In this document: positions 44,724 to 53,231 of the stretch, piece by piece
Layout of the letters: every line of letters starts with the position of its first letter
How positions within the stretch are numbered: position 1 is the stretch's first letter
NCBI GenBank assembly: GCA_963814275.1
Contig: CAWFCE010000002.1
Span: 298,537 to 362,536, forward strand
DNA from: Candidatus Parcubacteria bacterium
GTDB lineage: Bacteria; Patescibacteriota; Patescibacteriia; Patescibacteriales; UBA12075
Reading direction: 5' to 3'
Length of the DNA stretch: 64,000 bases
The notes under the pieces: model-generated
The model's database searches: none
Told to the model about the DNA's origin: nothing
What the model saw: the letters and a program-made list of their open reading frames with translations, nothing else
Made by a program: the position numbers and the translations under genes

Positions 44724-46661
44724 ATGTCTGACGATATACTTGATTTAAGGGATAATTCCGTTAAAGACGCGGAAGAAAAATTGGCATCGCCGAAGAGTGA
44801 GCATCGGCGGGAGTTTGAGGCGCGCTTAAAAAGATTGGACGAAAAAGGCGGGGAAGCGGCCGGGGAAGGCGGTGGGGAAGGCGCGGATAATATCATGCCG
44901 GAACCGAAAATCGACCTTCATAGCCAGGATCATCTGGCAAGCGCCAGCGGGAACGATGAGCCGTCCGACGAAACGCTTGATTTGCGCACTGACCAGACAT
45001 CAGCTAATGCCGTGGGCGAGGTTGTCGCCGCAAATAAAAAAGGAAAAAATGAAAAAGAGGATGAAAACCGGAACAAAGATATATCTGGACCCAAGATTGA
45101 TCTCCACAAATTGGACCACCTCTCAAGCGCGAGTGGTGACGATGAGCCGATGGATGAGGCGGTCGATTTGCGTTCTCCGAACGAACGCGTGGAAGTTTTA
45201 AAAACTATGATTTCCGAGCTGGAAGGCGAGCTGGAGAAAATGGAAGGAGCGGTGATTAAATCGCCGGTCAGAGAGCCCGAGAAGGAGAAAACGCCGGAGC
45301 CGGTAATAAAACTGGAAGCGGACATTGCCGATCAGGAAAACAATATTCCCGCGGTAGCGCTTGGGGCCGCAGCGAATATGGCGCAAGAACCGGAAGCTGC
45401 GCCTTTAGCACCCCCGCCGCCACCGCGGCCGACCAGAAAACTCAAGTTCCCCAATGGCTTCCTCTGGGGCACGGCTACCAGCGCGTACCAGATCGAAGGC
45501 GGGGTCAGCAATAACTGGAGCATGTGGGAGCGCTCGATCGGCCGCAAGCTGGAACTGGCCAAGACCAAGAAGAATGTCCATGATTTCATCTGCGGCCAGG
45601 CTTGCGACTCGTACAACCGTTATGAGGAGGATTTCAAGCTGGCCAAGGGCATGAACAATAATGCCGTCCGTGTCGGGATCGAATGGGCGCGGGTCCAGCC
45701 CAAGAAAGACACCTGGAACGTGGATGAGATAAACCATTACCGCGGCGTGCTCAAAGCGGCCAAGAAGCGCGGCCTTACCACCTTTGTCACCCTTTGGCAT
45801 TGGACCATCCCGAACTGGCTGGCCCATATCGGCGGCTGGGAAAACCCGGAAGTGGTCAATTATTTTTTAGCCTTTGTCGATGTCGTGGTCAAAGAATTCG
45901 GTGTTGAAATCGATTATTGGGTGGTCCTCAATGAACCGATGATGTTTGTTTACGGGGGTTATCTTAAGGCTTATCACCCGCCGCAGAAGCGCAGCCTGAG
46001 GAAGGCGGAAAAAGTAACGCGCCATCTGGCGCTGGCGTATTTAAAAAGCTATAATCTGATCCATAAGCATTTTATTGACGCCCAGGTTGGCATGACAAAC
46101 CTGCTGAATTATTTCGAGCCGGCGCATATCTGGAACCCGATTGAGCGGTTATTTGCCGGGACTCTGCACTATTTTTGGAATAAAAGAATTCTGGAAAAGA
46201 CCGCAAATAAATGTGATTTTGTCGGCGTCAATTATTATTTTCATGACCGGATGGTATGGTACCCGCCTTTCCGGAAGAACAAAAACGCATGGACAAACGA
46301 TAAAGGCTGGGAAATATACCCAAAAGGAATTTATCAGGTATTGAAATTTGCCGCCAAATACGGAAAGCCTATTTATATCCTGGAAAACGGCACGGCGGAT
46401 GCCGCCGATAAGCATCGGGAGCGGTATATCAAAGAACACTTGCGGTATGTCCATCAGGCGATCGCGGACGGAGCGGACGTGCGCGGTTATTTCCATTGGT
46501 CGCTTCTCGATAATTTTGAATGGAGCTTCGGCTATGAGCCGAAATTCGGGCTATATACGGTTGACCGCGAGACTTTTACCCGGACCCCGCGTCCGAGTGC
46601 GGAGGTCTATAAAAAAATCTGCAAGGAGAACGCGGTGGAAGTAGACGAAGTACAAAGTTAA
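44724..46661 (+). CDS. GH1 beta-glucosidase with a ~235-aa acidic repeat-containing N-terminal extension
   Basis: GH1 motifs: FLWGTATSAYQIEGG, TLWHW, the acid/base VLNEP and the nucleophile YILENG. The N-terminus contains two copies of PKIDLH..DHL.SASG.DEP.DE..DLR. Confidence 0.85.
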   Translation: MSDDILDLRDNSVKDAEEKLASPKSEHRREFEARLKRLDEKGGEAAGEGGGEGADNIMPEPKIDLHSQDHLASASGNDEPSDETLDLRTDQTSANAVGEVVAANKKGKNEKEDENRNKDISGPKIDLHKLDHLSSASGDDEPMDEAVDLRSPNERVEVLKTMISELEGELEKMEGAVIKSPVREPEKEKTPEPVIKLEADIADQENNIPAVALGAAANMAQEPEAAPLAPPPPPRPTRKLKFPNGFLWGTATSAYQIEGGVSNNWSMWERSIGRKLELAKTKKNVHDFICGQACDSYNRYEEDFKLAKGMNNNAVRVGIEWARVQPKKDTWNVDEINHYRGVLKAAKKRGLTTFVTLWHWTIPNWLAHIGGWENPEVVNYFLAFVDVVVKEFGVEIDYWVVLNEPMMFVYGGYLKAYHPPQKRSLRKAEKVTRHLALAYLKSYNLIHKHFIDAQVGMTNLLNYFEPAHIWNPIERLFAGTLHYFWNKRILEKTANKCDFVGVNYYFHDRMVWYPPFRKNKNAWTNDKGWEIYPKGIYQVLKFAAKYGKPIYILENGTADAADKHRERYIKEHLRYVHQAIADGADVRGYFHWSLLDNFEWSFGYEPKFGLYTVDRETFTRTPRPSAEVYKKICKENAVEVDEVQS

Positions 46662-46734
46662 AAGTTGAAAGTTTATAAAGTATGATGATTACTGCTTTAT
46701 ACTTTATAAACATTCAACTTTCAACTATATTTAT

Positions 46735-47700
46735 ATGTATATACTAGTTGCCGTTGCCTCATTCTTCATCAATGCCGGCGTCTATGTGGCCGACAAGTTT
46801 TTGCTGTCCAAGAAGATCCACTCGTCGATCACCTACGCGTTTTTCGTCGGGATCTGGAGCATCTTCAATTTTGTCCTGCTGTTTCTCGATCCCTGGATGC
46901 CGGATTTCCGCGAGTTTACCCTTGATCTTCTGGCCGGTATCCTGTTCCTGGTGACGCTTGTTTTCTGGTATAAGGCCCTCCACCAGAGCGAAGCGACGCG
47001 GGTGGTGCCGATCGTCGGAGCGCTCATCCCGATCTTCAGCTTCGTCTTTTCTTATATTTTCCTGGGCACCGCCCTGGGCGAGCGGCAGTTCCTGGCTTTC
47101 ATTATCCTGATTATCGGCGGCATCATGATCTCGGCCAAGCATACCCGGTTCTATTATATACGTGATATGCTGGACCGTTTCAAACGGATATTCGGCGACT
47201 TTCTCGGTCCGATCCATGCCCATTACCGGCCGACCCGGCGTTTGATCTTCAACTCGCTGACTTCCGCCCTGCTCTTCGCCGCCTATTACGTGTTGATCAA
47301 GTATATCTATACCACGCAACCCTTTATCGGCGGATTCGTCTGGAGCCGTCTGGGCACTTTCGTCGGGGTGATCCTGATGCTTTTCGTGACCGATTGGCGG
47401 AATTTGATCGTCCTAAACCAGCGCGGCAATAAAACCCCGAAGAATCTGAGCTTTTTCCTCTCTGTCCGGCTGGCGGCGGCGGTCGCTTTCATAATGCTCA
47501 ACTGGGCGATCAGCCTGGGCAATGTCGCGATCGTCAATTCGCTCCAGGGCACGCAGTATATTTTTCTGTTCCTGATCGTGTTGTTCCTGTCGCTCCGCTA
47601 TCCCCGGATCATGAAGGAAGAACTGGGTGGCGGGGTAATGTTCCAGAAAGGGATCGGTACGACGCTGGTGGTGTTGGGGCTGTATATGCTTATTACTTAG
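46735..47700 (+). CDS. EamA/DMT-like 10-TM membrane protein
   Basis: Two EamA-like halves, e.g. ALHQSEATRVVPIVGALIPIFSFVFSYIFLGTALGERQFLAFIILIIGGIMIS. Confidence 0.6.
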   Translation: MYILVAVASFFINAGVYVADKFLLSKKIHSSITYAFFVGIWSIFNFVLLFLDPWMPDFREFTLDLLAGILFLVTLVFWYKALHQSEATRVVPIVGALIPIFSFVFSYIFLGTALGERQFLAFIILIIGGIMISAKHTRFYYIRDMLDRFKRIFGDFLGPIHAHYRPTRRLIFNSLTSALLFAAYYVLIKYIYTTQPFIGGFVWSRLGTFVGVILMLFVTDWRNLIVLNQRGNKTPKNLSFFLSVRLAAAVAFIMLNWAISLGNVAIVNSLQGTQYIFLFLIVLFLSLRYPRIMKEELGGGVMFQKGIGTTLVVLGLYMLIT

Positions 47701-47771
47701 GCTTTAGGCAGTAGGCAATAGGATTGTAGGATGAAACGTAAATCTTGGATTTCAATCCATAGCATAAAAAG

Positions 47772-49352
47772 ATGCATATTCTAATTATCATTTTTTCCAT
47801 TCTATTTACTGTTTTAGCGGTCAAGCGTTTGAATTGGGCGGTTTTTTTGATGTTGGCCCTGCTGCCTGCTTATCAAATCCGATTTCAGGTTCTGGGTATA
47901 CCTTTTACTCTGCTTGAAACAATGATCCTGACCTCATTTGCTATTTGGCTCATCAGGAACTGGAAGCAGATATTAGAGAATTTAAAAAATAAAATAAAGA
48001 ACCGTTTACAAATTACAAATTACAAATTACAAATTACCACGCGTTATCCTTTCGACCTCGAGATTATCGCCCTGCTCATCATATCCTGGATCGCGATCGT
48101 GGTGGCCGGATTTTCGAATGAAGCGCTGGGAGTATGGAAGGCATATTTTTTCGAACCGGTGCTGGTGTTTATTTTGGTGATGAATGTTTTCGGTAATAGC
48201 GCAAAAGACGCAGACTTCACGCAAAAGGCGCAAAATGCCGCCCAGCCGAAATCGGGCAAGGGAATTGAGCCGGTTTTGTGGGCGTTGACTCTGGGGGCGG
48301 GTTGGATAGCGCTGTGGGCGATTATCGAGCGGATCACCGGCTGGACCGCCCACGGGAATTTTTGGCCGCGCGTGACCGGTCCGTTTCCTTATCCCAATGC
48401 GCTGGGGCTTTATTTGGGCCCGGTCTCGGTTCTATTGGTCGGTTGGATTTTGAACAAGATGCAAGACGCAAGATACAAGATACAAAATGACAAAATATTT
48501 ATTGTGCAAATTTTGTCTATTGCGCTTGTGGTACTATTGTCTTTGTTCGCGATCATGCTGGCCAGGAGCGAAGGGGCGATCATCGGGATCCTGGCGGCGG
48601 TATTGGTCATGGGGTTGTTTATGTCCGGTAGTAAAAGAAAGAAGGTCCGTTGGCTGCCGGCCGGCATTACCGGGTTAATATTACTTTTCGTTTTTATAAG
48701 CGCGCCGCTCTATCTCCTGGCCGTACCGCGCGACCAGTATTTCGATTTCCATAATGGCGGGCTTAATTACCTGTCGGACAAGATAATGCTTAAGGACTTG
48801 TCGGGGGAGATCAGGAAACAGCAGTGGCGGGAGACCTGGGCGATGATGAAAGACAATTGGCGCTGGCTGACCGGCACCGGCCTGTCCGGTTATCGGGCGG
48901 CGATCGCGCCGTACCACCAGCCGGGGATATTCTTCAACAGCGGCCGTGATCCGGAATTCCACCGCCACACGGTCTGGGACGAAGCCTACCGCAACGCGCA
49001 TTGGCAGCCGGTTGAGATATATATGTATCCGCACAATTTACTCCTGAATTTCTGGACGGAGCTGGGGCTGGCCGGAGTAATTTTGTTTATCTGGATAATC
49101 CTTAAATTTATTTATTTAGCGTTTACCAGTTACAAATTGCAAACCGCAAATCCAACCGGTGGCCCCCAAAAGGAATATTTACTTTTGGGTTTACTGGGTG
49201 CGATAATAGTTATTGTCGTCCATGGCATTGTCGATGTGCCGTATTTCAAAAACGATCTGGCGGTTTTGTTCTGGCTGCTGGCGGCAATGATGGGTTTTAT
49301 CGGAATATCCGCCCATATCAAAGAAAAAAAAGATAATATTGATGCAGGTTGA
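47772..49352 (+). CDS. O-antigen ligase-like (Wzy_C domain) polytopic membrane protein
   Basis: 526 aa and ~12 TM helices, with a large loop containing ...LARSEGAIIGILAAVL... and HPHNLLLNFWTELGLAG (Wzy_C-type H..N....E.G). A word tract (acaaatt)x4 lies at 48008-48038. Confidence 0.65.
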   Translation: MHILIIIFSILFTVLAVKRLNWAVFLMLALLPAYQIRFQVLGIPFTLLETMILTSFAIWLIRNWKQILENLKNKIKNRLQITNYKLQITTRYPFDLEIIALLIISWIAIVVAGFSNEALGVWKAYFFEPVLVFILVMNVFGNSAKDADFTQKAQNAAQPKSGKGIEPVLWALTLGAGWIALWAIIERITGWTAHGNFWPRVTGPFPYPNALGLYLGPVSVLLVGWILNKMQDARYKIQNDKIFIVQILSIALVVLLSLFAIMLARSEGAIIGILAAVLVMGLFMSGSKRKKVRWLPAGITGLILLFVFISAPLYLLAVPRDQYFDFHNGGLNYLSDKIMLKDLSGEIRKQQWRETWAMMKDNWRWLTGTGLSGYRAAIAPYHQPGIFFNSGRDPEFHRHTVWDEAYRNAHWQPVEIYMYPHNLLLNFWTELGLAGVILFIWIILKFIYLAFTSYKLQTANPTGGPQKEYLLLGLLGAIIVIVVHGIVDVPYFKNDLAVLFWLLAAMMGFIGISAHIKEKKDNIDAG

Positions 49353-49467
49353 AATATTTAACGGTTTTATGGTATTATGTAGGCGAATAACCCGTTAAAT
49401 AAACGGCGTTATTTTTTACCGTAAAAAGTAACAGGCATTTTAAGTTAGCGATTATTAAAGTATTTCT

Positions 49468-50223
49468 GTGGCCAAGCTGATACTACAAAAATTCATCGTC
49501 GATTCAGGCTTTTGCTCGCGGCGCCAGGCGACCGAATTGATCAGGGCGGGGAAAGTAACGGTAAACGGTGAAGTGGCTGAGCCGGGCATGAAAGTATTTT
49601 CCAATGACGATGTCCGGATAGGAAAGAAGCGTTTACCCGGCGAGCCGGAAAAAATCTACCTGATCATAAATAAGCCGGATGGCTATGTCTGCACGAACCG
49701 GACTTTTACCGGTGAGAAGAACGTTTATGACCTGCTGCTTGACCGCCAGGGAGAAAAAGCGTATCCGAAACAGCGCCTGTTCGTGGTTGGCCGTCTGGAC
49801 AAGAACAGCCGCGGCTTAGTGTTAATCACCAATGACGGCGATATGGCCCAGCGGGTGTCGCATCCCCGGTTCGGGCATGAAAAAGTATATGCAGTAAAAT
49901 TGCGGATGACGAATGACGAATGCCAAAAGAATAAAGATAGATTGATAAAGAACCTGGTAAAGGGGGTCGATATCGGCGAGGGAGACGGTGTTGTCAGGGC
50001 AAAAAAGGCTGAGTATTTGGGTGAAAATAAATTCAAAGTAATCTTGACCCAGGGGGTGAAACGGCAGATCAGACGGATGTTCAAGACTCTGGGCATCGAA
50101 GTCATCGATCTCAAGCGGACGCGTATCGGCTGTACCAAATGCGGCATTGAATTGGGCGATCTGCGCTGTGGCCGTTGGCGCAAACTCAAGCTGGAAGAAA
50201 TAGAAAAATTACAGGAGAGTTAA
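49468..50223 (+). CDS. RsuA/RluB-family pseudouridine synthase with an S4 domain
   Basis: GTG start. S4 domain: LQKFIVDSGFCSRRQATELIRAGKVTVNGE. Catalytic motif GRLDKNSRGLVLITNDG. A word tract gatgacgaatgacgaatgcc lies at 49905-49924. Confidence 0.85.
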   Translation: MAKLILQKFIVDSGFCSRRQATELIRAGKVTVNGEVAEPGMKVFSNDDVRIGKKRLPGEPEKIYLIINKPDGYVCTNRTFTGEKNVYDLLLDRQGEKAYPKQRLFVVGRLDKNSRGLVLITNDGDMAQRVSHPRFGHEKVYAVKLRMTNDECQKNKDRLIKNLVKGVDIGEGDGVVRAKKAEYLGENKFKVILTQGVKRQIRRMFKTLGIEVIDLKRTRIGCTKCGIELGDLRCGRWRKLKLEEIEKLQES

Positions 50224-50341
50224 TGGTCAAGTGCTAAAAGTCAAATTCGGAGAGGTGGCTCGAGTGGTTGCCCGCGACATAGCCGCTTGGCGGCTCGCGC
50301 GGGTCCGCGCACCCGCGAAGCGGGATGTCGCGGAAAGGCTT

Positions 50342-50587
50342 ATGTATTATACATATTTTTTATTTAGTAAAAACCATAAAAAGGTTTATGTCGGTTCGAC
50401 CGAAGATTTGAAGACCAGAATCAAAACACATAATGAAGGCAGGGTGCAATCGACAAGATATTATCGGCCATGGGTAATTGTGTATTATGAGGCCCATCGC
50501 AATAAAACATTGGCAAGAAAAGCCGAACTTTTCTATAAATCCAGCCAAGGCAGGCGGCAAGTAAAAAAGAAATTAGGTTTAGAGTAA
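50342..50587 (+). CDS. Small GIY-YIG nuclease (81 aa; 82 codons incl. stop), copy 1
   Basis: MYYTYFLFSKNHKKVYVGSTEDLKTRIKTHNEGRVQSTRYYRPWVIVYYEAHRNKTLARKAELFYK... carries the GIY (YTYFL) and YIG (VYVGST) motifs, the conserved Arg and the conserved Glu. The track's upstream extension translates the tRNA fragment and hairpins, so I rejected it. Confidence 0.8.
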   Translation: MYYTYFLFSKNHKKVYVGSTEDLKTRIKTHNEGRVQSTRYYRPWVIVYYEAHRNKTLARKAELFYKSSQGRRQVKKKLGLE

Positions 50588-50697
50588 TATTATTATAGAT
50601 TTCCGGAGAGGTGGCTCGAGTGGTTGCCCGCGACGTAGCCGCTTGGCGGCTCGCGCGGGTCCGCGCACCCGCGAAGCGGGATGTCGCGGAAAGGCTT

Positions 50698-50943
50698 ATG
50701 TATTATACATATTTTTTATTTAGTAAAAACCATAAAAAGGTTTATGTCGGTTCAACCGAAGATTTGAAGACCAGAATCAAAACACATAATGAAGGCAGGG
50801 TGCAATCGACAAGATATTATCGGCCATGGGTAATTGTGTATTATGAGGCCCATCGCAATAAAACATTGGCAAGAAAAGCCGAACTTTTCTATAAATCCAG
50901 CCAAGGCAGGCGGCAAGTAAAAAAGAAATTAGGTTTAGAGTAA
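50698..50943 (+). CDS. Small GIY-YIG nuclease, copy 2
   Basis: The protein is identical to copy 1, with one synonymous tcg-to-tca change. Confidence 0.8.
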   Translation: MYYTYFLFSKNHKKVYVGSTEDLKTRIKTHNEGRVQSTRYYRPWVIVYYEAHRNKTLARKAELFYKSSQGRRQVKKKLGLE

Positions 50944-51053
50944 TATTATTATAGATTTCCGGAGAGGTGGCTCGAGTGGTTGCCCGCGACGTAGCCGCTT
51001 GGCGGCTCGCGCGGGTCCGCGCACCCGCGAAGCGGGATGTCGCGGAAAGGCTT

Positions 51054-51300
51054 ATGTATTATACATATTTTTTATTTAGTAAAAACCATAAAAAGGTTTA
51101 TGTCGGTTCGAACCGAAGATTTGAAGACCAGAATCAAAACACATAATGAAGGCAGGGTGCAATCGACAAGATATTATCGGCCATGGGTAATTGTGTATTA
51201 TGAGGCCCATCGCAATAAAACATTGGCAAGAAAAGCCGAACTTTTCTATAAATCCAGCCAAGGCAGGCGGCAAGTAAAAAAGAAATTAGGTTTAGAGTAA
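51054..51300 (+). pseudogene. GIY-YIG nuclease copy 3, frameshifted
   Basis: gtcggttcgAaccgaag has one extra base relative to copies 1 and 2, and the frame breaks right after the YVGS motif. Confidence 0.75.
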
Positions 51301-51317
51301 TATTATTATAGATTTCC

Positions 51318-51408
51318 GGAGAGGTGGCTCGAGTGGTTGAAGGCGTCGCTCTCGAAAAGCGATGTGCGTGCAAGCGTACCGGGAGTTCGAATCTCCCCCT
51401 CTCCGCCA
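51318..51408 (+). tRNA. tRNA-Ser(CGA), CCA encoded
   Basis: ggagaggtggctcgagtggttgaaggcgtcgctctCGAaaagcgatgtgcgtgcaagcgtaccgggagttcgaatctccccctctccgcca, with a long variable arm. Confidence 0.9.
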
Positions 51409-51487
51409 TTCCAATTTTTGGTTTACGATTTTCGATTTAGATTATAAGCTTAATTCGAAAATCGAAAATCGTAATTCGAAAATTTCC

Positions 51488-51559
51488 GCACCCGTCGTTC
51501 AACGGATAGGACACAAGTTTCCGGAACTTGCGATCGAGGTTCGATTCCTCGCGGGTGCA
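51488..51559 (+). tRNA. tRNA-Arg(CCG)
   Basis: gcacccgtcgttcaacggataggacacaagtttCCGgaacttgcgatcgaggttcgattcctcgcgggtgca. Confidence 0.85.
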
Positions 51560-51798
51560 CCCTTCGACAGGCTCAGGGCAGGCCCTTCAGCTCAGTGACA
51601 CTTGCTCGGGGCAGACCCTTCAACATCGTACTGTTTGCTCAAGGCAGGCTGCCCGACTCTTAATTGATGGTTGAAAATTATTTTCCGCGTTTAATCCGCG
51701 TATTGATCAGCGTCCAATCAGCGGTAGAATGATTGATTGTTCGACTGCCGTGAATATCGTGGAAGCGGTAAAAAACTATCGTTCAAGGGTAATATTGT

Positions 51799-52635
51799 AT
51801 GTTCATCAAGCAAAATATTTATAAAAAATTGCCAAAACTCCTGAAACTGGACAAGCCACTGGTTGTTTTTGATATTGAGACGACCGGGCTCAACCTGCAT
51901 TCGGACAAGATCGTCGAGATCGCCTATATCAAAATATGGAGCAATGGCAAAGTCAAGCGCGACGATATGCTGCTTAACCCGGAGATGAAGATCTCGCTCG
52001 AGGCGGTCGCCGTGCACGGCATCCGCAACCGCTATGTACAGGACAAACCCAAATTCCGGGACAAAGCCCAGGAATTGTGGGAAATTTTCCATGACACTTA
52101 TTATTCCGGGTTCAATATCGTCAATTTCGACCTGCCCCTGATCCGCCGCGAGTTCATCCGCTGCGGCATGGACCTGGAATATACGCCGAAGCAGATCATC
52201 GACACCAGGGAAATTTTCCTGAAAATGGTTCCGCGCACTCTGTCATCGACCTACGAATATTATTGCAGCAAGGATTTCAAGCAATGGCACACCGCCCTGA
52301 TCGACACCGAGGTGGCGGCCGAAATCCTGGTCCGGCAGCTGGAGAAATACAAGGAATGCCGGGACTGGGAGTTCATCAATAAGATCCATATCGGGGAAGA
52401 GGAGGACTATCTGGATGCCACGAGGAAATTCTATTGGCTGCGCGGCGAAGCCTTTTTCGCTTTTTCCAAATACCGCGACAAGACCCTGAAGCAAGTGGCG
52501 AAAGAAGACCCGCGTTTTCTGGAATGGATCTTGACCGCCGATTTCAGCGATGAAGTGAAGAATATCGTCCAAAAAGCCCTGTCAGTTCATCGCCCGGCCC
52601 CATCCTTGATCCAGAAAATTAAAAATAAAATCTGA
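51799..52635 (+). CDS. DEDDh 3'-5' exonuclease (DnaQ/epsilon-like) with a C-terminal DUF3820-like domain
   Basis: Exo I: VVFDIETTGL. Exo II: GFNIVNFDLPLI. Exo III: WHTALIDTEVAAEIL. C-terminal: FSKYRDKTLKQVAKEDPRFLEWIL. Confidence 0.8.
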   Translation: MFIKQNIYKKLPKLLKLDKPLVVFDIETTGLNLHSDKIVEIAYIKIWSNGKVKRDDMLLNPEMKISLEAVAVHGIRNRYVQDKPKFRDKAQELWEIFHDTYYSGFNIVNFDLPLIRREFIRCGMDLEYTPKQIIDTREIFLKMVPRTLSSTYEYYCSKDFKQWHTALIDTEVAAEILVRQLEKYKECRDWEFINKIHIGEEEDYLDATRKFYWLRGEAFFAFSKYRDKTLKQVAKEDPRFLEWILTADFSDEVKNIVQKALSVHRPAPSLIQKIKNKI

Positions 52636-52637
52636 TT

Positions 52638-53105
52638 ATGGATATATTGTCGCATGCCCTGTGGACCAATCTGATCCTGAAGGAATTGCCGCCACTCGAG
52701 CGGGGAACTGCCATCGCCTTCGGCGAGCTGCCCGATCTGATCAGTTTCTCCTTCATCCTTACCCGCCATTTTATCCGCAAGATCACTTCCATCAAAGAAC
52801 CGCCATTGTCAGATATGCCGAAATATGTGTTTAGCCTTTACAATCTCACCCATAGCCTGATCGTCTGGCTGGGTGTTTTTTTGTTTTTGATGATTATCGG
52901 CCTGGATTGGTGGGCGCTGGCTTTTTTGGGTTGGGGAATCCATATTATTCTTGATATATTTACCCATACCGATGATTATTTTCCTACGCCGATCTTTTGG
53001 CCGCTGTCAAAATTCCATTTTTCCGGCATCAGATGGTCAAATAAGTGGTTCATGTTCGCCAATTATTGCCTGCTCCTAATTCTCTATTTGGTTTTTTATT
53101 TTTGA
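52638..53105 (+). CDS. Membrane-bound metal-dependent hydrolase-like protein (YdjM/DUF457-like)
   Basis: 155 aa with MDILSHALW..., an H-rich motif (GIHIILDIFTHTDD) and 3-4 TM helices. Confidence 0.5.
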   Translation: MDILSHALWTNLILKELPPLERGTAIAFGELPDLISFSFILTRHFIRKITSIKEPPLSDMPKYVFSLYNLTHSLIVWLGVFLFLMIIGLDWWALAFLGWGIHIILDIFTHTDDYFPTPIFWPLSKFHFSGIRWSNKWFMFANYCLLLILYLVFYF

Positions 53106-53231
53106 GGTCAAAATTTACGGTTAAATACTGATTTTAAAATATAAAATAACGGTAAATTCCAGGTAAAAAGGGGCAATAATCCGACGCCCTTTTAATTTGC
53201 CAAAAAAAACTTAAATAGCTACAATTAAAAT

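Larger units (their letters stand above)
50245..51317 (+). repeat. 3 x 356-bp near-identical tandem cassette: tRNA-Ser 5' 22 nt + GC-rich cloverleaf + GIY-YIG ORF
   Basis: ggagaggtggctcgagtggttg starts at 50249, 50605, 50961 and 51318 (the last is the real tRNA-Ser). The units differ by 2 SNPs and one 1-nt insertion. Confidence 0.9.

Noticed and set aside
50231-50341. N-terminal extensions of the GIY-YIG ORFs as given in the track (starts at 50231 and 50611; ORF 51037..51300)
   Set aside because: The extensions translate the tRNA-Ser 5' fragment and the GC-rich cloverleaf (…VARVVARDIAAWRLARVRAPAKRDVAER…). The conserved GIY-YIG domain begins at MYYTYF, so that ATG was chosen. The ORF at 51037 is the out-of-frame product of the copy-3 indel.
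50245-51408. Group I intron with a GIY-YIG homing endonuclease inside tRNA-Ser
   Set aside because: Each unit is followed by the tRNA 5' end again, not by the tRNA 3' exon. The break is in the D-loop rather than the anticodon loop, and I could find no P/Q/R/S-like core elements. A tandem free-standing cassette fits better.
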